Part shown: positions 55,301 through 64,000 of the stretch, in pieces
How positions within the stretch are numbered: position 1 is the first letter of the stretch
How the letters are laid out: the number at the start of each line of letters is the position of its first letter
Origin: Antedon mediterranea
Lineage: Eukaryota; Animalia; Echinodermata
DNA length: 64,000 nucleotides
Reading direction: 5' to 3'
Assembly: GCF_964355755.1 (NCBI RefSeq)
Contig: NC_092673.1
Coordinates: 23,433,648-23,497,647 of the forward strand
The notes under the pieces: model-generated
Database searches by the model: none
Seen by the model: the letters and a program-made list of their open reading frames with translations, nothing else
What the model was told of the DNA's origin: nothing
Program-made: the position numbers and the translations under genes

Positions 55301-58300
55301 AATGAATACATTCTAATGTGAGAATTAACCATGTTTCACTGACCTATACAGGGCTTTACCGGCTTCTATCATCATCCAATCAAGAGCAAAGTCAGTCTGC
55401 CGAACAAATGATGAGAGCTTTCTAACCACAAAATGACCAATCTTTAAAACAACTTCAGGTTTATTCCTCATAATACTGTAATAGGAGATATTTTGAATCA
55501 AAGATAAAGTAATGCATGACAAGTTAACCAATCAAATGGCTCAGATGTGTTTTAAAAACTTGATAAAATAGAAGTGGAAGAATTGTAGTGGAGCTGTAGC
55601 TTGGTGGTTAATGTGCTTGCCTTCCCAATTCCAAGGTCCATGGTTCAATCCTGAGCTAGTGCCAGGGTTGTAACTAACGACTCTTTCAACTCCACATCGT
55701 ATACCTCAAATGAGACTTATTATAAAATAGTTTATCCATCCTGTAATTGGCGAGTTTGTGCTCGCTGTTGGATACGTATGCGATAGACATATGAATTTAA
55801 AAAAAAAAAGTTTGTCCTCGCATTCGTAAAACCAGGTTCAGTTTTTTCTCACTGATTGTACTTAAACTATAAACAAAAAATAATGTCATACCTGTAAAAA
55901 CTGGTCTTGCTAATTACGACAACTCTAGAATAAATAAGTGCTTTAACAGTAAAGAAAGCAGGCTCTCCAGTAAGGACAGCTAACTCTCCAATGAATTCAC
56001 CTGGATGTGCTTTAAATACACCCTTCTCTTCAGCACTGTCCACCGTCTTCTGCATCATGCCAAGTTTACCACTGACGATGAAAAATAAGCTGGCATCCTA
56101 CACAAAAATTAATACAATATATTATCATTAATAATAATATCCTGGATTTATATAGCACCTAATGTTGTGAAATCTCTAAGAGTTGAACTTTATCACCTCG
56201 GTCAATTTTTGCATCAAACACGTATGGAAACATACTCCCATAATGCAGCTAGTAATCAGCACAAAATTGTGTCTTGATTTAACAGGGGATCAATTTTTAC
56301 ACCTGGGTGGAGAGAGGCAAAGGTAAGTATCTTGCCTAAGGATACGAGCAATGCGGTGAGAGTTGGATTCGAACCACAGTCTCATGATCAGTAGTCCAAC
56401 ATCCAACACACTGCGCCACACACCCTTACATATATATAGATACATTTGTTAATTATCCAATTTAGAAATTTACTAAACATTCCCATAAAACATTATTTTT
56501 TTACATACATATGCAAATAATATGTTAAATAAAGTCCCACTTTTTGGACACCATTATTCAGTAGACACATTTATTAGGGGAATATTTTTGTGGGCTTGAC
56601 GGTTCTACCCTTTTCGGGTCCTAATATATGGTGATCAAATTATAAAAATTTAAGATGCAAAAAGTTAGAAAGTAAAATTGATTCCAATTGAAACTTGTGT
56701 TGGGTAAGCCATTACAAAACAATTATTGCAACATACATCTGATGCATTTGTTTTGCAGACAAATGAAACAGAGTATTCTCACCTGACCATGTGTGATCGT
56801 ATATTCAAACGAAAATTACATGGACTTAACAAAGCGAATGCATTACCTGATCACCTTCGTGGGTTAAAATGCTACCAGCGTCAACATGAGCTAACTGAAG
56901 ATGTCCATCCAGATAGGCCTCATCCTGACAATAAATAAACAAAAATTACAACAACAAATGTTACAGTATTATTTATAATTATTTAAATCTGTAGTTTATG
57001 GTCAAATTACATTAATATATACTCTCTATGGTACAATTTATTTGAATAAATAGGAAAGAAAATATGCTTAAAATGATTATGTTTCACAAAGTTCTGACTT
57101 ACATCACAAAGTTCTGACTTACCTCACAAAGTTCTGACTTACCTCACAAAATTCTGACTTACCTAACAAATTTCTGACTTACCTCACAAAGTTCTGACTT
57201 ACCTCACACATTTCTGACTTACATACCCAAAGTTCTGAATTACATCACAACATTTTAACTTGCATCACAAATTTCTGACTTACATAACAAAGTTCTGACT
57301 TTACCTTACAAAGTTCTGACTTATCTCACAAAAGTCTGACTTACATCACAAAGTTCTGACTTACCTTACAAAGTTCTGACATAATCTCACAAAGGTCTGA
57401 CCTTCATCACAAAGTTCTGACTTATACATAACCCAAGTTATGATTTACAGTACATAACCCAAGGTATGACATGCAATACAAAGTTCTAACTTACCTAACC
57501 AAAGTTCTGACTTACATAACCAAACATTCTAACTTGCATCACAAATTTCTGATTTACACCACAAAGTCATGACTTACATTACATAGTTCTGATATACTAT
57601 ACAATGTTGTGACTTACATCAAAACCAAATAGTTTTGTTAGATCAGTCTGTGCCAAGGCCAATATATCATCATCTGAATACATGCTATCACCAGACTTGG
57701 TTCGAGATCTTGTAGTTGTTCCTAGTTCCTCACTTATCTGTGTTGCTAACTTTCTTGGTTTCTCTAGTGGTTTTCCATCAGCATCCTATAAATAAAAAAA
57801 CAAACATCATCTTTAAGCTCTGTCTACACTATCAAACTTTATGTGACAAAAAAATGTGCTGTACATATATATGGACATGATGATGTCATATCACTACCAT
57901 ATTTAAGCATATCACTACCATATTTGGGCATAAAGTTTAATAGTGTAGACAAAGCTTTAAGCTCTGTCTACTAGTGTGACAAAAGAGTGTGATGTGCCTA
58001 ATGGTAGTGGTATGCCCAAATATGACATCATCATGTCCATATAGGGGCAAATAACATTCTTTTGTCACATGAAGTTTGAGCTTTAGATTGCTTAAGTAAT
58101 TCAGTGAAATCCTTTTCTTCGGACACCCCTATTAAGGGGACATTTTCCTGTGAAACAAACATTGAGAAGTATATCATTATACACTTTGGCCGACCCCTAT
58201 TCAGGGGGACACCCCTTGGACACCCCTTGGACACCCCTTTTTTGTGTATGAAAGATGTCCACTTATTAACAAGGGTTCTTCTGTATTGAAAAGGTTTTCA

Positions 58301-61300
58301 ATTTAAAGTATCATTTTTCTTTTATAATATTTATAATGAATCAACTGCAAAATATATTATTAAATATTAACATTCTGATCTCTATCAGTGAAGTTCATTG
58401 GAAAAAAAAACCAAAATTTGTTAAATTCTTGTTGGTTATAAGGCAACACATTAAGTTTTTGCAAAGATATTTATCGACTAAATAAATCTAACTGGCCTTT
58501 ACAAAAGTCATTCAATTCACATTTTTCAAAGAAATTTACTAATTTAAAACGAAATTTGAGTTGATTGATTGTGTTTGCTAAAGTTATTAGAGCACCATCT
58601 CAAATAAACTATCTCACACTCACTAATGTATATCACATTTGTAATTGTCTGTGTGGGATTTATTTTTAATTATTCGAACGAAATAAAATGGTCGTGATAA
58701 TATCAAATGATTAAGTGTGGTCTAAATATTGAGGTATTATAAATTGGCTAGATTGGTAACTTCAATGTTATTGCAGTTGAAAAAGTGATTCACTGTGGAG
58801 AGGGTGCACAGAATTTGGCTGCAGCAATCAGCCAATCAGATACAGCCAGTCACGCCCACTACACAGTCACGCACCACTACACCTGTATTGAATGTATCAA
58901 CGAAAGAGCGAATTCCTTGCACGTACAAATGTACATATCAAGAAATTATCCAATTCATTGCTATTAACAATATAATTGATTCAATAAAAATTGTGCTGTG
59001 CTTTAACAATAATATTGTTACATATAAGACATATTGTGTGTTATATATATGAAGTATATATATTGTAGGATTATACTCTTTACACTATTTTTGAAGAAAT
59101 ATAAATCAACCATTTTGAAAGCCCTATCCCTGTGTTTATCACTTTGCTGTCGGTCTATCCTTACCCTAATATACCTCAATGGGTCTAAACCATATCTATG
59201 TCATTGCGGTAAGGATTTTTGACAACAGACATACTGCTGAAATTGAATGATGTCCAATAAACTTTGTTTTTAAAAAACTGAAATTTTTAAACTTTGGTTT
59301 AATAATATTCTTCTAGTCTATGTTTTTTTTATTACAAAATTGTCATACCTTGGGTACATCTTCAAGATTTAGTACCCTAGCCCTACCAGCCGCTGCTTCA
59401 AAATCTGATGGACTCATACTCATTCTATTGTGACCAAGTTCAAATGCAGTTGCTCTTCTGATCAATTTTGATGTGGAGGCACCCTCTGTAAAAACAAAAC
59501 ACAAATAAAACAATGTAATTAAATCCGAGGGAATATAGAATTAAAGACTTATGAACACTCCAGTAAAGTTATTCTACACTCTGAATAAATGCCCTATTCC
59601 CATGAAAGTTGATAGTCTCAACAAATATGAGCCTTACACATAATTAACGAGTACAAAGGTATTGGAGTATATCCATTTTGATTATACACACAAAAAAGAA
59701 TTAACCAGACACATAGAAGTTATTAGGGAGCTTTTGTATTGACCTAGTACCAAATGTTAAATCAACTTGTGTATACAGGGACCTTTTTCTTCCTTGACAC
59801 CGAATTCTATGACCAGACAACCACCATTAATGCATAGGTCATTAGTCCTAGGTTGTAGCTAATCAGAAACTCTCTATTAATTATTTAAGAACTTACGGGA
59901 TGATGTTCGTTTCACACGACCTTCATTTTCACTATCTGAAGTTGTACTCATGTATCTTTCTGTTAAAAAAAACCAAAAAGATAATCATTATTTATATACT
60001 ACAGAATATTTTACATACAAAAACAAAATACAACAAATCGTCAATTTGTTATGTACAAAATTTGGCTCATCACCAAAAAAGTTCATCTTTGTTTTTAATC
60101 CAGAGATAGATGGTGAAAAACAACAATGTGGAAATATTTGTATTCTCTTCATATACCCTACTCTTTAGGGAAAACCTCCTTTATTAAAGACTTCACGCAC
60201 AATACAATTACATAGCATTTGATTATTGACCAATAGATAGGCCTAACATTCTTGTTTTGGCCATGTTCAATTTGGCCATTTTTTTATTTTTTTCTTTAAT
60301 TTGAAAGAATTTACAATTTGGGGGAAAAAAACCCACTTTTCGCTAGTTCTGACCTTAGAGTGAGCGTATTTGACCTTAGCATGATTGTATAAATTTTTGA
60401 TTAAGGTTTACTGTCTGTTCACAGGATTATATAAAGCTTTTAAATTCTGGAAACACCCAATAATAAGTTTACCTCCTCCCTTAATGAGTAACTCTCGTAT
60501 TTTCTCCTCATCTTGATAATCTATGACTCTTGTAACTTTTTCACTGCTACTGGAAGAGCTTGCTAGTGATTGGATGCTTATTTTCTTACTAGGGCTAACT
60601 TTTGGTGATAGTTGATGGATAGATAGTTTTGGATCGCTTGTGTCTTCCTATATACAAAGTGGGATAATAAAACTCATTATTCACATACTTTTCTTTTGTT
60701 TAGTTTCTTTTTCATTATCGAACCAAATGCTACATTTTATCTTAATGTGCTACTCAGTAAAAGGGGAACGCTGGCTCTTAGAATTTAGTTCCTTTTTGTG
60801 TGATCCTGCTACTTTTACTTCGTGGTTCTTCTGTTGTTGTGTTTGTGATGTTTTGGCAATAAAATAAATAAGAATAAAACCATTGCAACATCAATCATAA
60901 GCAAACAAAAGATATGACTATCCAATTTACAGGCAAGGAAGAAACCTACGCAATTTCAACTACTTTCCTAAGCGAATTTTTTTGAAAAAACCAAGGATTA
61001 TATATCACCATTTAAGTCAAATTGATAAATCGACCTCTGGTCCGAGAAAAGAAACAAACAATACAAAGTTAGTTAAAATCAAAATCGTATGGCATTTAAT
61101 GAACAGGCAAACTGCCTTAAAATACTGACTTGTTTCGATTTTGATCTTAACTCGAAAGTTTGGTATCATACATGATTTATCTGACAAAGTTAGTTATTTT
61201 TAAATTTACCTTATTGATTAACTCATGTGATAAACCTAGATAGTTATGAAGGGTCTGGAATGTTACTCTCTGAAGACGCACCATGATCATCTGAACGACT

Positions 61301-63559
61301 CGAACCATAGACTCAGGATATCGTTCAAAAACATTACTGAACGCAATGGCTGGAAGACGAAGGACCACGGTGTCTTCTGCAGCTCTTGCCGATACAGTTT
61401 TATAAGGTGCAAGATGACCCTAGTAAAATTTATAAATGAAAATAAATGTTTGAATTAAGCTCTATCTACACTATTAAACTTTATGTGACAAAAAAATGTG
61501 ATGTGCCCATAAATGGACATGATGATGTCATATCACTACCATATTTAAGCAATATCACTACCATATTTGGGCACATCATAATTTTTATCAAACTAATTTG
61601 ATAGTGTAGAAAGAGATTTATATGCATGTTGAAAGTAAAACAAAATTGATTCAATATCATTGTACTGTATAAATATATTATATAAATATTGAAACCCAAA
61701 CAATGCAATGGAGAATTATTTTTTACCTCCGCCAAGGAGGTATATGTAATAGGTCGTGTGTTTGTTTGTTAGCAGGATTACTCAAAAAGTAATTACAAGA
61801 TCTTTACTAAAAATGAATACACATATAGATATGTGATCAAGGACCATTCCATTAAATTTTGGGACCATGGTCCTAATTCTGGACCACTTTTTAGTATACT
61901 TTTCAGACCTGCTAGTGTTAAAAGATAGGACAGAATTTTTCAAAAGCTGGCGAGCAGTCTTAAAGTAACAAGTAAACTGAAATTGCATTTTCTCGAGAAC
62001 TACTTGTCCAAAAAAGAGGCAAGAGTTATATTTGTGATTTTTAATTTTAAAACATAATTTGATTCAATGTGCACGTTTTTTGATGCGAGTAGTTTAAAAA
62101 CCCTATTTCTTTTCAAACACAATCGTTTGATTTTCGCATTGCTGTTCTATTGTTAGTCAACTGAAGCTAATTGTTAATTGAAAGGCTTGTTACATAACCA
62201 TTGCACCAAACTCGCATACATGCTTGTAGTGAAATTAGCCTAAATAAGAAACAGCATTAAGACACACACAAATATATATATATATATATATATTTTTTCC
62301 CGGAGAAATCTTATGTAGGAGAATTTTACAGTAGGCGGAGGTATGCACTCTCGGAGTGGCTTTCTAGTTTTTAGTAATTTAATTGATTTTTTAAATTTCC
62401 AGATGACTTTATATTAAGTTTAAAATTTATGTTTAAAAACTTAATGTATGGTTGATTAATCGGAAATTGAAAACAATTTCAGTATAGTGGATCATCCAAT
62501 GTGAAACAGTTTCTTATTCAAGTGTATACACCAATCAGTGTTCATTAGCATCTTTGCGCAAATAAAAATAAATCTATTTACACATTTAATCAAGAAAATG
62601 TACCACCACATGAATGTGTGGGTGTAGCATTAATTGTATTGTAATTTTTTTTTTTTAATGACCATAATAAATACTCAAAATGTGTTATTCAGACAACAAT
62701 GAACTTGCTTTGATGTACAAAAGATGAGTGGGTAACTATTTATAAAAGTGTCAACATATTTGACAGTGATAATAAATTGTACATACTGTTAAAACATCGA
62801 GTATACTGAGCAGGCTGTGAACACTGTCACCCGTTGTGACCTGTTTTACTTCAAACTCTTCACCGCTCTATATAATGATAATAATAACATTTTTATTTTA
62901 AAACAGAGGCTCGTTCACAACATAATGTGTTCTTCCACAAGGCCGTATGAAATAAATAAAACTACTATATCAAGAGTAAAAACAAATTTAAACAAAAATG
63001 AGATTACTCTATGTTTTTGATTTAACTTATTAATCATATTATATTATACTGAATATGAACATGAGGTAAAATTAGGGGTCAGAAGATTATACTGATACTA
63101 GGTTTATCGCAAATAGAGTGCACTGCGCATGATGGGAAGGAAATGAGGGCACACACGTTTACGAGATTTGTTTACATTTTGCCACCATGCATTGTGCAAT
63201 GACGTTCCTCGTAATAACGAGTTATTTGCGATAAACCTTATGTATTAAAAGTCTGAATTTAGCTTAAAATAAGGGTGTAATTTTCATTGAAATTAATGAT
63301 AGAGAAAGCATATGCATGAATAAAAATGAATTCCAATAGAAATTACATGATGATTAAACTACGTTTAGGGAGCTTTAAATGAATGAAAAAAGAACATACT
63401 GGCTCTGTGATGTATACTTTAAGTCGTCCACTCTGAACTACATAGATACTGTCATCACTCTGTCCCCTCCGGAATAAGGAAGCTCCGGCCGGAATAAACT
63501 TGGATTCAACTGACCGACATAACTCAAGAAATAAAGGTTTTTCAAAATGTCCAAATACT
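37350..63559 (-). CDS. PNPLA7: Neuropathy target esterase / patatin-like phospholipase PNPLA6-7 / swiss cheese orthologue; 5' exons lie beyond the window
   Basis: Phase-consistent exons (5' to 3'): 63559-63400, 62867-62787, 61419-61210, 60647-60473, 59485-59349, 57785-57618, 56924-56847, 56097-55892, 55475-55344, 54758-54585, 53934-53789, 53158-53021, 51902-51839, 51065-50951, 50451-50084, 49519-49299, 48890-48768, [46517-46401 or 46335-46219], 44397-44249, 42890-42778, 41274-41121, 40539-40422, 37522-37350. Encodes three cNMP-binding domains ([14 protein letters not shown]; [10 protein letters not shown]; [11 protein letters not shown]) and a patatin domain ([19 protein letters not shown]). 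PNPLA6 versus PNPLA7 cannot be distinguished for an invertebrate, so the symbol is a family label. Confidence 0.93.
38173..38652. mobile_element. Non-autonomous DNA transposon (~480 bp) in the last NTE intron
   Basis: CAGGGGTGGATTGCTATAA at the left and TTATAGCAATCCGCCCCTG at the right (18/19 inverted match, extending imperfectly inward). Confidence 0.8.
39357..39423 (-). CDS. Candidate alternative NTE exon giving a short C-terminus ([16 protein letters not shown])
   Basis: Acceptor TTTCACATCAG and consensus donor GAG|GTAAGT. Read in phase 1 after the 40422 exon it gives 16 codons then TGA. Confidence 0.4.
40752..40823 (-). CDS. Candidate 72-nt in-frame NTE cassette exon ([24 protein letters not shown])
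   Basis: Acceptor CTCACGTCTCGCCTGTCCATCTTTCAG, weak donor GAG|GTTCTG, phase 0-0 matching both flanking exons, no stop codon. Confidence 0.45.
43193..44040. mobile_element. Non-autonomous element with terminal hairpin and 16-bp inverted repeats
   Basis: Hairpin ~43222-43318 (ATATAAGATT/AATCTTATAT; GGGAATGATATT/AATATCATTCCC). Perfect inverted repeat GTTATATTACATAGCC (43343-43358) and GGCTATGTAATATAAC (44025-44040). Confidence 0.6.
44470..45310. repeat. ~120-bp tandem repeat, about 7 copies, in an NTE intron
   Basis: Unit contains TTTTAGTCGATGTAAAAAACATTTAACAGAGCCAATAGTGTCCAAGCAAAAAAATTACTGTAGTAAT...TGATAACTAACCTAAATAAAACAAATAAAATAAA. Confidence 0.95.
46219..46335 (-). CDS. NTE catalytic-Asp exon, canonical variant (DGG)
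   Basis: 117 nt, CAG|...|GTGAG, phase 1-1; encodes [39 protein letters not shown]. Confidence 0.92.
46401..46517 (-). CDS. NTE catalytic-Asp exon, duplicated variant (DGA)
   Basis: 117 nt, CAG|...|GTGAG, phase 1-1; encodes [39 protein letters not shown]. Confidence 0.88.
48569..48701. repeat. 17-bp minisatellite with palindromic core, ~8 copies, inside a family D MITE
   Basis: (ATTCAGGGGATATCCCA)n; GGGATATCCC is self-complementary. Confidence 0.92.
52860..52987 (-). mobile_element. tRNA-derived SINE 5' portion
   Basis: Minus strand GGAGTTGTGGTCTGGTGGTTATGATGCTTGGCTACCAATCCAAGGGTCCTGTGTTCAAATCC has A-box and B-box-like motifs but no closing acceptor stem. Confidence 0.6.
54225..54548. mobile_element. 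MITE family B copy (long form)
   Basis: TAAAGATGTATTGTCCC ... GGGACAATACATATTTAA terminal inverted repeats. Confidence 0.8.
55008..55322. repeat. ~160-bp tandem duplication
   Basis: GGTCAACAAATCTTGTTCAATGTAAAGATGACAT...CTCCCACAATGC...TTCTAATGTGAG present twice. Confidence 0.85.
55588..55810 (+). mobile_element. tRNA-derived SINE (degenerate)
   Basis: GTAGCTTGGTGGTTAA (A box) and GGTTCAATCC (B box) followed by a non-tRNA body and an A-tail near 55800. Confidence 0.55.
56128..56425 (-). mobile_element. Near full-length tRNA-derived SINE with central conserved domain and LINE-like tail
   Basis: Minus strand: TGGCGCAGTGTG (A box), GGTTCGAATCC (B box), TATCCTTAGGCAAGATACTT...CTCTCTCCACCCAGGTGTAAA core, and tail GGTGCTATATAAATCCAGGATATTATTATT. 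Confidence 0.7.
57085..57620. repeat. 20-bp minisatellite (~25 units) abutting an NTE splice donor
   Basis: (CACAAAGTTCTGACTTAC[C/A]T)n on +; on the gene strand most units read GA[G/T]GTAAGTCAGAACTTTGT. Confidence 0.93.
57816..58083. mobile_element. Two head-to-tail MITE family A copies sharing a TTAA
   Basis: AGCTCTGTCTACACTATCAAAC...AGTGTAGACAAAGCT TTAA GCTCTGTCTAC... Confidence 0.8.
61722..62369 (+). mobile_element. Non-autonomous Helentron/DINE-1-like element (~650 bp)
   Basis: 5' T-run then ACCTCCGCCAAGGAGGT stem-loop, short (GTTT)n, 3' sub-terminal inverted repeat GGCGGAGGT (62334-62342), hairpin CACTC-TCG-GAGTG and terminal CTAG followed by a T-run. Confidence 0.75.
63100..63238. mobile_element. 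~140-bp MITE with 16-bp TIR
   Basis: AGGTTTATCGCAAATA ... TATTTGCGATAAACCT; flanks CTA/TTA resemble a PIF/Harbinger target. Confidence 0.65.
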
Positions 63560-64000
63560 CTTTAAAAAAGAATAACAAATAAATACTGTACATGATCTAT
63601 TAGTATTAACACAAAAGAAGCAAATTGTTTCAAATTAATTAATTAAATTTCAGTATATCACTGGGCGGTTTCGAATTAATGTTCATTGCCTAATGTGTTT
63701 ATATATATAAATTAAAAGTATTTCTTCGGAGATCCCGCCTATAAAAAATACTGAAAGATGAGGGCGTATCAATTTGATCTCCGGTGCGCATGCGTACAAC
63801 TGAGGACTAGTGCTGTTTCGCACTTTATTAGTACAATTCTAATGATTTTGATACCCCATGTGTGCAATTAGCAAACATTTTTTATAACAAAAATGAAGAT
63901 TCCGACACAATTTTTGCAGCAATATTGGATCCAAAACAGAGGATAATTGTCTAATTTATAGTAGTTTCAAACCTTTCCAGTACAAATTGGGTTATTTTGA

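Noticed and set aside
55588-55665. Possible tRNA genes (also 52915-52985 and 56360-56425)
   Set aside because: A/B boxes are present but I could not form a full cloverleaf, and each continues into a SINE-like body.
59165-59240. Possible small NTE poison exon ([11 protein letters not shown])
   Set aside because: Splice sites are ambiguous and nothing distinguishes it from chance matches in AT-rich intron sequence.
60689-60830. Purine-rich exon-like segment in an NTE intron
   Set aside because: It has stops in all three frames and would leave only a 41-nt intron before the next exon.

Overview
AT-rich animal genomic DNA with spliceosomal GT-AG introns. The repeat content suggests a marine invertebrate, possibly an echinoderm (inference). 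No prokaryotic systems, CRISPR arrays or rRNA genes were seen. The window holds: (1) a complete 10-coding-exon F-box/LRR gene (FBXL6-like, + strand, 2492-10034) with a 1.85-kb inverted-repeat element just upstream and a 2.7-kb complex satellite in intron 5; (2) three tandem class-A GPCR paralogues with intronless CDS, separated by decayed LINE retrotransposons; (3) most of a neuropathy target esterase / PNPLA6-7 / swiss-cheese gene (- strand, 37350-63559, 5' end outside the window); and (4) many MITEs, SINEs, Helentron-like elements and tandem repeats. The most notable observations are a duplicated, probably mutually exclusive 117-nt exon pair encoding the patatin catalytic Asp motif (DGG vs DGA), a 20-bp tandem array made of copies of a real 5' splice site, two further candidate NTE cassette exons, and patchwork sequence sharing among the three GPCRs. 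All coordinates were read by eye and no database searches were run.
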